A stretch of DNA of 64,000 nt from Octopus sinensis (Eukaryota): NCBI RefSeq assembly GCF_006345805.1, contig NC_043008.1, positions 17,732,001 through 17,796,000 of the forward strand, in the 5' to 3' direction. The notes under the pieces are model-generated. The model ran no database searches. It had not been told where the DNA came from and worked only from the letters and a program-made list of their open reading frames with translations. A program made the position numbers and the translations under genes. This document shows positions 13,015 to 27,115 of this stretch, piece after piece (within the stretch, counting starts at the first letter, position 1; each line of letters starts with the position of its first letter).

Positions 13015-13100
13015 ACTATGTTGTGCATCATATGTGCAACGCAGTGGGACTGAAGTAGGAACCATGTGGTAGGTAAGCTAACTTCTTACAACACAGCCAC
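13015..13100 (-). mobile_element. SINE family B head fragment
   Basis: gcagtgggactgaa..aaccatgtggt..cttacaacacagccac. Confidence 0.7.
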
Positions 13101-13466
13101 TGTTCAAGTTCTTAGAAATACTCCAGCATGTGAATATCATGACACGTTTCACATATTCTCAAGCTTTCTCGTGTGTCTTATTTTCCAACTAAGCATTCTT
13201 CACGTTATATAATCCATGTATCCCTAACTGCTATCAGCTGGAATTCCATTACTGGAAGCCTTATATCGACTGTTATAACGAACATCAACCACATTGATTT
13301 CAGAAATATCGAAGTTCATTCGTGGGTGACAAGCAATGCATTTCTCATATGCGATGGCAACGCAAAATACAAACTACGATTGAGATAATAATAAGGCGCA
13401 CTACGAATGAGGATTACTGTGATACGTACCTCCTTACCAACACAAGAGCATGTACTGTTAACAAGA

Positions 13467-13688
13467 TACGTGGATGTGCTGAAAAGTTCCTGGTTTTAAG
13501 AATGTCGCGGAAAGCCTGGCTGGGGACCCAGCCTTCCGTGTTTTCTTACAGTGCTTAGAAAAACTGAAGGACAGCTGCAATAAGTGTGCGAATCTGAGAG
13601 AAGAATATGTTGAATAAAATCATAATTAATTTTATCCTCCTGTATTTTCTTTAACCCAAAGCCAGGAGCATTTCAGCATCCCCTCGTA
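13467..13688 (+). mobile_element. Mariner-derived MITE (internal deletion derivative)
   Basis: TA-flanked TIRs cgtggatgtgctgaaaagttcctgg / ccaggagcatttcagcatcccctcg; interior KLKDSCNKCANLREEYVE* matches a mariner C-terminus. Confidence 0.85.
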
Positions 13689-14198
13689 TATAACTAACAA
13701 ATAGACTAGTTCACTTAACATTAAAAATGGAACATAGAACTACACACTTAACTATTTACACTGAAGCAACGCGATGAATAAAGAAATGAACGAATCCTTC
13801 ATGAATTAAAAATTAATGAATATTTCATGAAGATTTTATTTTCCTGATATCAAATCCCCTCGTCAAAGTGTCTTGTAAAGAGATAGCTTAAAACCAGCTG
13901 ACTTGCTGTATATATATATACTATGATGGCGATGTGTAAATTTGCACGGCATTCATGCTTGCTTAAACATTTAAATGTTTAAACAATCGGTTATATACAT
14001 ATCTATCTGTATTACTACACACGCGCATACACCGTAATACCATAGACATTCTGAAATATATATATATATATATATATGTTTGTATGCATATATATATGTG
14101 TGTGTGAATGTATATATGTATATATGTATGTGTGTATGTATGAATGTACGTATTTATACACACACACATACACACACACACACACCACACACACATAT

Positions 14199-14253
<55 letters not shown>

Positions 14254-15423
14254 ATATAACATCATAAATACAAAGAGAGACAAAGAGGGAGAGAGGGAGA
14301 GAGGGAGAGAGGGAGAGAGATTCATGCATACATAGATTGAAGGATAGACAGATATACATAAAAACACACAGGAATATATGCATACAGAAATACGTGAGAG
14401 TATGTATGAGAAATGAAATTATTGCTTTTAACACGGAGTTAAATTTATTAAAAATTCATGGATGACATTAACGGGCGATTTATAACTAAATTCATTTCCG
14501 TTATCGATGTTGAATATTAGAATTATTCATAATTATAAAAATGTGTCATTATCCATTCCGAACGCAGAATATCGTTTCCATTTCAGTAAATGGAAGATAT
14601 ACGAAGATACGTTTTTGTTAAATTCATATTTGTACTACCTTTCACTTTTAATGATAACGATGATAAATATGTGTGTGTGAGTGTGTGTGCACGCGCGCGT
14701 ATTTCATTTCTCATTAGCAATACCCTTTCCTTTATATAAGCATAAATGTAATTCTTTTCCAAAATAAATATCCCTTCATACTCGAGGCTCCAGTGAAATT
14801 ATAATGTGTTACTCAGGCATCCAGCTATGAGGCCACAACATCTTATCACAGAAATATTTATTAGCTAATGAAGTTCATAAGATAATCGTTTCTTCTTTGA
14901 TATCTCATTCCACCAACAAACACACACATATACATATATTCACATCTATATATACTTATGCATATATATATACAGAGATAGAGAGAGAAACATGAATCGT
15001 TACTTCTTCATATAGATATGTAAACATAAATAAATAAGCTTGTAATACACCGAAATATAATTAATTACTTAATTCATTCTCTACATGAATACGTAGATTA
15101 TTTTTGTGTGTGATCTTTAAAAAATTTTTTTTATGCTTGTAATATTCAATCATTTACAAGCCTTTTCTCCATCTGATATTTTCAGACATTTCTGTTATAT
15201 TATTGTTCTCGAATAGTCTGTTGCCAGTTTTGTAGAAAGTGGCCTAGATTACTTCACATATACACGTATCCATTTAGGTATGGATTTAAAGCATAGTTTA
15301 CATACATGTGTGTGTTAATATTTTTCACAAGTATTTCGTTGATATTTATCCCAAGTGAAGATAGGTATTATGCGAAGCACATTTTGCAAAAATAAAGTGC
15401 GAAAACATACGTTTCATACTTCA

Positions 15424-15470
<47 letters not shown>

Positions 15471-15840
15471 CCGAATTTCAATTCATCTTATCATTTCAGC
15501 AATTAATGAACATTTTTCTCTCATTTAAATTATGCCAATACCTCATATGAAACGTTATGTCAAGATCTGAAGTTTATTTAAAGCCATTTATAAATTTAAT
15601 TTAACGAAAGTTCAAAGAAAATTTTTAATTGCAGACATTTAATTTGTCGTTTGAATAAAATATTTTACAACAATAGTATAGAAACCACTTTATTCTCTTT
15701 TCCTAAAGAAGGGTGAATGGTTGAGACAGCGATTTTAATTCTTCACAGTAAATCACATTCAATTTATTTCATTTTGTATGAATTGTATGACCTTTTATAT
15801 ATATATACTCACTAAAATCCTTCGATTCTAGGTCTGATCT

Positions 15841-16056
15841 TTACTCGTTACTCTTTTACTCTTTTACTTGTTTCAGTCATTTGACTGCGGCCATGCCGGA
15901 GCACCGCCTTAATCGAGCAACTCGACTTATTCTTTTTGTAATCCCAGTACTTCTTCTATCGGTCTCTTTTTGCCGAACCGCTAAGTGACGGTGACGTAAA
16001 CACACCAGCATCGGTTGTCAAGCAATGCTAGGGGAACAAACACAGACACACGAACG

Positions 16057-16088
<32 letters not shown>

Positions 16089-16261
16089 CACATATATACG
16101 ACAGGCTTCTTTCAGTTTCCGTCTACCAAATGTACTCACAAGGCATTCGTCGGCCCGGGGCTATAACAGAAGACACTTACCCAAGATGCCACGCAGTGGT
16201 ACTGAACCCGGAACCATGTGGTTGGTTAGCAAGCTACTTACCACACAGCCACTTCTGCGCC
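15841..16261 (-). mobile_element. SINE family B, full length
   Basis: Reverse complement of the 41572 and 58836 copies, including the (GTAAAAGA)n tail. Confidence 0.95.
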
Positions 16262-16392
16262 TAATTTGTTTTCTCTGTGAACTAAAATAAATACTTCAAT
16301 TTATTGCTAACTTTTTTTGCCACTAAGATGTTACTCGCCAATGTATGGTTAATTTGTTATAAGAAATGAAATTTCTAAAATAAATTTATATG

Positions 16393-16750
16393 CGTGGCTG
16401 TGTGGTAAGAGGTTTGCTTCCCAAGCACTACGTGCCACCTTGGTCAACTGTCTTCTAATTTAGCCTTGGACCGATCAAAACCTTGTGGGTGGATTTGATA
16501 AACAGAAACTGAGAGAAATGTATGTGTAGGTATGTATTTGTGTGTGTGTGAGTGTGTGCGTGTGTGTGTGTTTCGCCCCACCATCGCGTAACAACCGATG
16601 CTGGTGTTTTTTTTATTTCCCCTTAATTTAGTACAAAGACTTACAAAAAATAAGTCTTGGGTCGATTTCGTAGACCAAAATCCTTTAAGGTGTTGCTCCA
16701 GCATGGCCGCTGACAAATAACTAAAACAAGTAAAAGAATAAAAGAATAAA
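16393..16750 (+). mobile_element. SINE family B, degenerate
   Basis: Head gtggctgtgtggtaag and tail gctccagcatggccgc..aacaagtaaaagaataaaagaa. Confidence 0.85.
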
Positions 16751-17370
16751 ATAATATGACAGCTCGAATATTAAATATGCATGAATGCATAACGGAGGCG
16801 AAGATTGTTTATCATATATTCACTCTGGAAGGCTTTGAGAACCCTAATCACCATAATGATGGAATTCAAAAAAACAAACTCGGTTGTGAATGTATATCAT
16901 GAGAAATGAGCATTTATATATTCTAATATAATCTAATTCTTTCATGTTTATTTTTTTTTACGTTTGATAGCCACTCAGCTATTCTAATCTTTGGTCTATA
17001 GCATATGGTAACTTTCTCGAAATTTCAAAACTATCATTTTGTTTAACCCGCGCAGAAACATTACTCCCATATTGTTCTTTCTACCACATGCATTCTTCTA
17101 ACAATTGTTCTGCATCTCTTGATATCGCAAGATCGTAGTGACCTGAACAATCCAGATGGATGACATTAATTTTAGTTATTCATTAATTTTAGTTACAGCA
17201 GTTCATTTAGTGTCGTTAAATTTAATGTACTTGATATCAAAATCCTATGTAAGTATGCAACGTAGAACACTCGACATAAACTGTATATCTAGTGATATTT
17301 CTCAAATTTCGTCAGTAAGCGAGATGGCTCAGGGTATATTTCCGTATTATACACATCCTTAAAAAAGAAT

Positions 17371-17564
17371 AGACAAACAAGGACAGACATAGGTATTAAG
17401 TCGATTACATCGACCCCAGTGCGTAACTGGTACTTAATTTATCGACCCCGAAAGGATGAAAGGCAAAGTCGACCTCGGCGGAATTTGAACTCAGAACGTA
17501 ACGGCAGACGTATTACGGCTACGCATTTCGCCCGGCGTGGTAACGATTCTGCCAGCTCGCCACC
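17371..17564 (-). mobile_element. SINE family A
   Basis: Near-consensus reverse-complement copy. Confidence 0.95.
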
Positions 17565-18074
17565 TTCAGAAAACAGTATATCTTAAAGCAGTACAACATT
17601 CAGATGAATCATTCCACAAGACCTTCAATATGAAAAATACTAATAAATTTAGTGTGAATATATTTAATGTAGAATGCGACAAAAAGCTATGTAAAATAGA
17701 TATGCAACGAAGAAACGATACCATTGACTCAGGGATTCAGTGTCTCATATGCGTAAACATGGTTTTGTGTTTAATAGTTCACTTCTCAAATTCGCGGCTT
17801 CGGTTTCTATTTCATTGTGCGACACCTTGCCGAAGTGTCATTTTCTAGATTCGTGATTTGTGGGTGTAATTTAGTAAAGTGAATATCAGTGGATATCCAT
17901 CTGAGATACAGTTTCTGTTTTTGTCAACTAGACTTAATCTGGCGGCTAGTTAAATTGACTAATTATCATTCGGTTGCTTTAGAAACTCCGTGAGAGGCAT
18001 TTTATTCAGTCTAAAGTTATCCTCCTCAATTCTTCTGCCGAGGTGCAAAAGATCTTCCTTTTGACTCACCTGCT

Positions 18075-18104
<30 letters not shown>

Positions 18105-18106
<2 letters not shown>

Positions 18107-18260
18107 CTTTATTTAAAAGTAGCAGAAATTCAACAAAACCTGTTCCTCGGAGTTTCACGAGGAGTTTCAAGGGTAGAGTAATAAAGCATATCACTCTACC
18201 CTTGGTATTTGAGTACTCGTTTTTCCACCTTGTTTCACATTTATGTGTTTACTCCGGTAT
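18105..18260. mobile_element. Possible back-to-back PLE pLTR end fragments
   Basis: Island between TA tracts; duplicated cggagtttca, hairpin aagggtagagt..actctaccctt, and T-rich tails pointing outward on both strands. Confidence 0.3.
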
Positions 18261-19640
18261 ATATATATACATACATATATATATATATATTAATGATCAC
18301 CATATACAGGACATACTTAGCGAAGTGTATAACTCACCCAACTATCCGAAGTAGTAGTGACAAGAGAGCAACTATATAGTGTAGCAATATATTACACGAA
18401 TAGGTGTGAGAAATAAGCAAAATTAAAAAGACAGTCAAAAGCGCCGTCCTCACGTAAAACAATAATCATATAGCACATATCGAATAAATGAATAATTCTC
18501 TAAGTATGTAGTAAGAGAAAGACAAAATAATCGCTGTTAATATTTTAATTGATTTTTAAAGCAGAAAGTGGAAGTATTCTTGAGCAGCTTTTAGCTTTAT
18601 TAAACAATCTTTAGGATAATACACCATAATTCGTTATACGTATTTATAAAACATGGCGTGGTTACATACATTAATAAAGGGATATATTACACTCTGAAAT
18701 TAGAATAAAGGTAAAATTTTCGGCATAATCTAGATGAGTAGTAATCATTCGAAGTTCAATAAATTAATTCGTGATTTTGAAGACATGTACTTTGAGAATT
18801 TGAAATACGTGTAAATGATAAAAGATTAAGAGAAGTAAACTTTTTTCTATATATGAGTGAGCATACCTTTTTTTTTCATATTCCATACGCGTGAATAACA
18901 TTCAACAACAAAATATACTTAATCACATTTTTTTATATAGTATCCAAGAAAGTTTTTTAAAGAACTTCTGTATATAATCAAATGTCAAAATAAATAAATA
19001 AATAAAATATGTAGTTTAGTGCAACTATTTATTATAGTACTTGCCAGAAACATTTCCTATTAAATTCACGCCAATTTTTCTATTTCAAAATACAAGATTT
19101 TTTTGTTTATTTTGTTTTCTTTACCTATCGACAGAATAAAGAAACTGATTAAATTACAAGAACTAATCGCAGATTTTAGTATTTTTAGATTATTCACAAC
19201 GAAATATAGGCTGTATACATTCTAAAAGACAGAGGGGGGGGGGGAGTATATCATAGATTTACATTCTGACACATATGCAGAGAAAGTTTTGCTTTTCAGA
19301 GAAACATTTTATTGCGTTAACTGAGGCACAGCAGCTTTAGACTCTTCTAAAAGGCTGAATAGACGTCTATTCATCATAACAATTTCTACTGTGTATCAAA
19401 AGACTAATTTACTCACAAAAAAATCCATCAGTGCTCCGAATTAAACGCTTCCCGGATGAAATTAGTATCATTATTTCTCTAATACTTTTCCCCCTAACAC
19501 AAAAACTATTTACTGAAACGAAAATATAGGTGATAATGTGTGCATTATACATTGATATACAGACGTGTACAATGGTATTTTTGTGTCCATACACGTTTGT
19601 CATATATTGTTAAACACACATAACCACAACCACGCACACG

Positions 19641-19694
<54 letters not shown>

Positions 19695-20151
19695 ATATAT
19701 ATACTTGTGTGTATTGATTCATATATCCTATATATAGACAATATATTTCTCTCTCTCCTCTCTCTCCAACTATCTCTGTCTACAAACCTCTCTGTCTATG
19801 TATCAATATGCATGCACACAAACATACACACATTCATATGAGCATAATCTATATTGCAATTTAGGAGAACAAATGTAATTTACGGTATTTATATGTAACA
19901 ATATACCAGAAATCGAACCCACACGCACATGAGAACGCATATGCATATACTTACACGGATATATGAATATGCGGAGGTGTGAAGCGAAAAGAAAAATATT
20001 CAAGTATTTTTTCTTTGTTTGATGGTCAATTCGATACATTTACATTATATGTGTGCGTTCTTGTATGTGCGTGTCCACATAAACACATACAAACACACAC
20101 ATATTCTCGCAAAAACACATACACAGCGCAAGCACACACAAACGCTCATAA

Positions 20152-20182
<31 letters not shown>

Positions 20183-20524
20183 GATATATATATTATATAT
20201 ATATATACACGTAAAAGTAGAACGTTGGAATGAGCGTTCAACACCACATTGGTGGATAAATAATCTCTTTATTTGTGAATTAAGGCCACCATTGATTTTA
20301 TGTTAAGAAGAGTGGAAAAATATCAAAGTATCTTAACAACATTTCAAGCCGTTCACGCTGAGAAAGGTGTTCGCCTCCATATATATATCCAGGAACATTT
20401 TCATGCAGGCGTAGAATCGTACGTTCGGATTGAGGTCTTTGAAATGATAGTTTGTACATTTTAGACTCACTATGGAAATATATATTAGGGACAAAGGCAG
20501 TATTGATACAAAATGATAAACGTC

Positions 20525-20829
20525 GCCCTTTTCAAGCCTAGCCAGGCTCATGGGCCCGGTTTCCCGGTTTCTGTGGCGTATGTGTTCCCCCCAGCTGGAC
20601 GGGACGCCAGTCCATCGCAGCGTTGCTCAAGAAATAGGAAGAGGGAGTGAGAGAAAGTTGTGGCAAAAGAGTACAACAGGGGTCGCTACCCCCTCCCCCT
20701 GCCGGAGCCTCGTGGTACTTTTAGGTGCTTTCGCTCAATAATCACACACAATGCTAGGTCTGGGAATCGAAACCGCGACCCTCTGACCACGACTCCGCTG
20801 CCTTAACCACTGGGCCATTGCACCTCCAC
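20525..20829 (-). mobile_element. SINE family C (tRNA head plus V-domain-like core)
   Basis: Minus strand gtggaggtgcaatggcccagtggttaagg..ggtttcgattccc (A/B boxes) and gctgcgatggactggcgtcccgtccag..cagaaaccggg. Confidence 0.9.
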
Positions 20830-21371
20830 ATTATTAATACAGAGAAGTGATATTTTTTCCCAATTAAATGTGGCTGTTGAGTTAAAACAATCTTTCCTGC
20901 TGTAGTTACCATAAGAGAAATTCTCATACTGACTTTTGGTGCAAAATGCACTCTTGTTTATATCAATAACGGGGATATAATTCCTCGCCATCTTCAGATG
21001 CCAACCACGAAAAAGATTTTTGTAACTGAATACCCACGTTTGAGTGAGGATCATTATAGCAACACCACAGAAAAGATTCTGCTATATACAGTTTGACTTC
21101 CTCCGGTTTATAACCAACTTATATTTTGAGATAAATAGGCCAGTACACAATGTCTGCTCTTTGGAAGAATTTTAAAAGCACATTCAAAGATGTAGTTCTA
21201 AGTATTAATTTCTTGAACATATCTCGAGATTTAGGCTGTAGTAAATGCCGCCAATTGTAATAATAACATTATATTTTATAATAATAGCATTATATAGGTA
21301 TTGATTACATACTTAGAAACTTCTTTCATAATGTTAGTAAGAAATATTGCCAGAATTTTCTGAAATGATAT

Positions 21372-21773
21372 ACTCTTTTACTCTTTTACTTGTTTCGGTC
21401 ATTTCACTGTGGCCATGCTGGAGCACCGCCTTTAGATCGAGCAAATCGCCCCCAGGACTTATTTGTAGAAACCTATTACTTATAATATCGGCCTCTTTTG
21501 CCGAACCGCTAAGTTACGACCCAGCATCGGTTATCAAGAGATGTTGGTGGGGGGTGGACAAAAACAGACACATATATACATACATACATATATACATATA
21601 CATATATACGACGGGCTTCTTTCAGTTTCCGTCTACCAAATCCACTCACAAAGCTTTGGTCGGCCCGAGGCTATAGTAGAAGACACTTGCCCAAGTTGCG
21701 AGTCAGTGGGACTGAACGCGGAACCCTGTGGTTCGTAAGCAAGCTACTTACTACACACACACACACCTAAGCC
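21372..21773 (-). mobile_element. SINE family B
   Basis: Reverse-complement copy with tail and head. Confidence 0.9.
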
Positions 21774-22159
21774 TACATAATAATTTCTTCGTCGACTCTG
21801 GATATCTTCATCTTAAATAGGAATTAACACTGAGATTGATAAACAGATACTGAAATAAATAGTTTTGTTTGTTGCGACAGTACAATAGTAGTAAATGTTT
21901 TTGCTATTGCAAATGCAGTCCGCAGTTAACTCGACGGTATCTCTGTGTGTAATGCATTGATTTGTCACACTATCATGCCCCACGAATATAATAAACAAAA
22001 TGCTAAATAGCGTTTAGAGAATATCCATTTCAAAGACATTCCCTTGCAATTCTGAACGACATACATTTTCAGGCACATATAATGAATACTCACAACCCCC
22101 ATCTCTCCCTTCCTCTCTCTTTCACTATTTCTGCTTCTATCTCTCTATATGTACATATA

Positions 22160-22345
22160 GTATGTGACTTCGTCTGTATCACTAGCGATTTTTTCCCCTG
22201 TCTTCTCTTCTCGGGATCCTTCCTTCTCCTATGTTTCCGACGAAGGGCTCCGCTCGAAACGTCAAACCTTCTTCTTCCTTCTTTCCTGAGCGGCCACTAA
22301 TACTTTATTTGTTCCACGTCCTTGCGTTGTTTCTTTGTTTTTGTT
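22160..22345 (+). mobile_element. PLE pseudo-LTR fragment (second subfamily)
   Basis: Related to 25870-26085 (reverse complement); shares tttcctgagcg with the 8.1-kb pLTR; ends in (TA)n. Confidence 0.7.
22233..22267 (+). ncRNA. Minimal hammerhead ribozyme motif (U4C variant, GUC site)
   Basis: GTTT-CCGACGA-A-GGGC(TCC)GCTC-GAAA-CG-TC-AAAC. Confidence 0.65.
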
Positions 22346-22363
22346 TTTGTTTTGTTGGATTAA

Positions 22364-22403
<40 letters not shown>

Positions 22404-22997
22404 TATATATATATATATATACACATACATACAAACACACACACATATACACATATACTTAAACACATTTATGCATGCATATGTACGTGCTCATTGTGTA
22501 CATGAAAGTGCAGTCGAAATTGTGAGAAGTTTTCTCGGTAACTGATGAGTGATGAGCGTGTACCCGTCTATAGATACATGTATATACATACACTTGTATA
22601 CATATGTATGCCGTTTACATACAATACATATATATATATATATAATAATATATATTATATATATATATTATATATATATATATATGAGAGCTGAAGTACG
22701 ATAATATGTATTGATTGCCCATTCTAGAACATGCTGTCCCGTAATCAATCACCCTAGAAATTGTGAGCAGTGTCTCACGAGTATGTATATTATCTTGTTA
22801 CAGATCGGAATTGTTAAGTTCATTCAAACGTTTCCATCTATATTTCTGAGAAATTTTCATATGCCAAATGGAAAAAAACATAGTTTATTACTTTTTACTT
22901 TTATTTGAGCTACTTTACCCATATAACATAATATATAATAGAATCGGTCATAAAGTATAAAAAAAAGAACAATTACACAGTAGTTTAGATGCATCCT

Positions 22998-24506
22998 CAA
23001 ATTGTTCTAGAACAAGTACCTATATATAGTATTGTGATGTTCTCATTCTTAAATACCTTTTCTCTTTGTATAAATGAATAATTTGATTCAGAGGAAAAAC
23101 TCAATCTAATTTATAAGTTAGAAACGGATAACAACAATATTACTGCAAAGAGATATGCGAATATTTCCCCTCACAGCAACATAGAACATTAATATTCAAC
23201 ACTTTAACCATGCACAATCAATGGACTTGAACTGCAGAAGACAACAGTCAAAAAGCCCTGAAATCTTGCTATATTGTCTTCCAGCACCAAAGTCAGATTT
23301 GATAATGTAGTCCTAGAAACTCTATAACTAAATAAGTGATGGGATAGTCAAAGAGATACCATAATTCATTTGAGATTTTTATCACATCATTCTATTCTAG
23401 CCATTATTTTGTGTTCGTTGCAGACATTTCCCTGTACTTATTCCGATTTGAAAAATGTATGGACATCAAAATATTCTAATTCGTCTGCACCAATCTTATT
23501 CACTTAAATTCCTCATGCTTCTTGCACGTAGGAAGAGAAAAAATTATGATTTATGTTTATATCTCATCAAAGGTCTCAGAGTGCTCATATTTCTATAAAT
23601 ATATAGCCAAGGAATCACTATTTTACAGTTCACTTCATAGCGTTCCATCTAGAATATTCCTGTCATTTGTTTTCCTACAAGTTATTCAGCAACAGACAAT
23701 CTGCTTTGATTTTCCTGTACCGGATATTATATTTTTAGCATAATCTCTAATCTCTTTAAGACTACAAATATATGAATCTCTCTCTCTCTCTCTCTCTCGC
23801 ATCAGTTCTGACTCTCTTTCATTCGCATACATATGTATGTCTGTACATAAGCGTCTACACATGTATATACATAAGGATATATGTGTGTGTGTGTGTATGT
23901 GTGTAAGAAAGAAGAAGGAAAAGGGATAAAATATCTGCAATTTCGGGATGGAGGTAACGTAACGGAAACCTAATTTTATGAATTGGTTTCGATTTCCAAT
24001 GCCATGTAATTATTCCATTCGTTTTGAGAAATTTGCTATCGTGAAGTACTAGTTTCGATTTTACCGCACGATATCTAGGGCACATGTGTTTGACCATACC
24101 CACGTGTGAACCTGGATCTTGTGAGTAGAATTAAGGCAGATGGAAAGTGTGTACTAATATTTTCTTGTTATGAAGACACGCGACAAGGCAAGTTTTTCTT
24201 ATGTGCCATTTGTCTCTTCAGGCTCTGAGCACTTGAAATGTTCAATTGTCCTAGAACAAGTACCTATATATAGTATTGTGATGTTCCCATTCTTAAACAC
24301 CTTTCTTTTTGTATACATTAATAATTTCATTCAGAAGAAAAACTTAATCTAATTTATCAGTTATAAACAAATAACAACAATATCACTGCAAAGAGATATG
24401 CGAATATTTCCCCAGCAAAATTGAACATTAATATTCAACACATTAACCATACGCAGTCAATGGACTTGAACTGCAGAAGACAACAGTCAAAACGCCCTGA
24501 AATCTT
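22998..24506 (+). repeat. Pair of ~265-bp direct repeats (22998-23267 and 24243-24506)
   Basis: aattgt.ctagaacaagtacctatatatagtattgtgatg ... aatggacttgaactgcagaagacaacagtcaaaa.gccctgaaatctt at both sites. Confidence 0.92.
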
Positions 24507-24734
24507 TCATAACCAAGACGCTGGTATATGAGAACCCACGATGAAAAACAGAGAAAAAGCGAAAAGGTTGATGCAAAATTTGGTAAGGTGAATAAAAGTG
24601 GACAAGAGAAGAACAAAAATTGGAATTACGTCCCCTTTGTGTATTGATGTCCTTATGAAACAGGTTGTAGGAATATAAGTAAACGGTGTGGGTTCCAATG
24701 TCTGCGAGACAACTGTGCAAAACGGTGAAGGCGG

Positions 24735-25500
24735 TTCACCAAAAAAACTTTGTCCATATGTTTGCACTTGCCGAAAATTTAAGGTCTGGTATTGAGCAGT
24801 GTACTGGGATTCTTGGATGTAAAATGAATGTGCGATCTTTCAGCTACGCTTATGTTGCATTTCTAACATTTATTGACATATGGTATGAATTTATAATTCT
24901 CCACTCGATATACGTGGTGTGCAATTGGTCTTCAAAATACACACGAGGATAGCCAATCAAATGGCTTTACTTTTATCGATATGCCAGAAGGAAGGCTGAT
25001 GGTTTCGATAATGTCTTCTGAAATTGGCTTCGCATAAACCGAGGCATTTATTCTTCTCAGCTATGGTATCTTGAAGTGTTGTTGTGAGTTGTGTCTCATA
25101 CACAATGGAGTTTATCATACACGCCCAGTCCCAAGGAAAAGCTGCAGAGTTTTGACAGATACAACTGTGTCGGGTGCTTGGTGATGCTTACGAGTGACAA
25201 TGCTCTTCAGTGTCTATTAAAAAATATTCCTGCATTTATGGTTTACGGGGAAATAACTATCTAAAGGACATAAAAATTTCTTGCTATGTTAGGTTTAATA
25301 TTTGGAGTGAAAGTGTAGGCCTTATTATTTTCGTAGGTCTATTGTTAGGCATCATAGTTTTAATTAATGGGTTCTAACATAACTTTGAAATCGCTGTTAT
25401 GTGGGGAATGTTATAGTAGGCAGCTACCTTCTGAAATATTTCCTTAGAAGAGGAGAGAATAGATAACTGATTGACGTTAGCTATCAGGTTAATAATGAAT
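24735..25500 (-). pseudogene. PLE RT C-terminus plus GIY-YIG endonuclease remnant (Nematis-like)
   Basis: Frameshifted LSILSSSKE.FQKVAAYYN..KFL..LDSYFPVNHK.RNIF..CICQN..CMINSIVYE..CLGLCEANFRRHYRNHQPSF..NPSTLLNTRP*IFGKCKH. Not shown in the ORF track. Confidence 0.8.
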
Positions 25501-25869
25501 TCTAGGTCAAAATAGGCGTAAATCGAATTTTCTTTTATCCAGTTTTGTTGACTGTTTCAATTTTGCCTCAGCTTTCTCGTTTTTCTAAATTTCTCGTGGT
25601 CTTTCGTGTACCAGATTTCGGATTTTCAAATGGAACAGATTTTATTCTCAAAGCGCAGAGATGTATTTCAAGACATAATGCATGTTGTAAAAACCTACCT
25701 AGCCTCATGCTTTGTAGCAAGAAACTTCGATGGTCTTATTTTTATACAGAGCACACTAAATGATATCTCTCACTGGATGGAGGACAATTTTTTTGATCTT
25801 ATCTTAACGGAACAGTGATGTATGTATGTATGTATATATATAAAGAGAGAGAGAGAGAGAGAGAGAAAG

Positions 25870-26085
25870 TAAATCGCTCCCCAAACAAAGAACAAACACA
25901 AGACAAAAACAACAACGCGAGGACGTAGTACATCCAAAGTAGTAGCAGACGCTCATGGAAGGAAAGAAAGGTGGTTTTACGTTTCGAGCAAAGCATTTCG
26001 TCAGAAATAGGTGACAGAGGAAAGCCGAAGAGAAAAGGAAGGGAAAAATATCGCCAACGATTCACATGTGGTTACATTTTGAAAA
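25870..26085 (-). mobile_element. PLE pseudo-LTR fragment (second subfamily)
   Basis: Homologous to 22160-22345; ends in (TC)/(TA) microsatellite. Confidence 0.7.
25975..26007 (-). ncRNA. Minimal hammerhead motif, canonical core, decayed stem II
   Basis: TTT-CTGACGA-A-ATGC(TTT)GCTC-GAAA-CG-TA-AAA. Confidence 0.55.
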
Positions 26086-26272
26086 ATTATATATATATGT
26101 ATACTGAGAAAAAAATTATATGGTAAATGGACACTATGTCCAATTTTCGGCATATTTGGCATTATAAATTTTTTCGTTTGCCCTTATTTATAAGTTGCTT
26201 ATAAATTTAACCTTTAAAGGTATATTTTAATATGCTGGCCATTGATAAATTTTTTTTCGAAAAAATATATAT

Positions 26273-26346
26273 ACACCTTGAACGGAAATTTTGCGCAGAT
26301 GTAATGTATCCACATATTTATCTATCTATCTATCTATCAATCTATC

Positions 26347-26443
<97 letters not shown>

Positions 26444-26488
26444 TTTCGAAAAAAAAAATGTATCCTACATTAGATATATATATATATA

Positions 26489-26536
<48 letters not shown>

Positions 26537-26757
26537 ACCGCTTGTGCATTGCATTATGGGTACAAGCACCCAGCCGTTCATCTACTTCCAATTATTTTAT
26601 TGTTCTATATAATCATCTGAGTGAATAACTGAAAGCCCATCAATGAAATGGACGGCGGAAACACTATTCGTACTTCATCATCCTTGACATTTACTGTAGG
26701 CGATATCAAACACCTTCAACGGAAATTTTGCGCAGATGTAATGTATCCACGTATCTC

Positions 26758-26809
<52 letters not shown>

Positions 26810-26830
26810 CTATCTATCTATCTATCTATC
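26273..26830 (+). repeat. ~40-bp repeat twice, each followed by (TATC)n
   Basis: cacctt.aacggaaattttgcgcagatgtaatgtatccac at about 26273-26312 and 26711-26750. Confidence 0.9.
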
Positions 26831-27038
26831 TATCTCTCTCTCTCTCTCTATATATTATATATATATATGTTTATATATATATATACATATATAAACAACA
26901 GTTTGACTGTTTGTCTCATTGTGTCAGGCTATCTATCGACACATCTATATGATAGATTCATTATATTTTCCGGATTTTTACAGATATGTCAGTCTGACGC
27001 TCTCACCAACTCTCTGCTTTTCTGTCTATCTCAATCTT

Positions 27039-27080
<42 letters not shown>

Positions 27081-27083
27081 TTT

Positions 27084-27115
<32 letters not shown>

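Noticed and set aside
20750-20829. tRNA-like A/B boxes (also near 52740, 63818 and in family A/B heads)
   Set aside because: SINE heads fused to SINE bodies; no complete cloverleaf.
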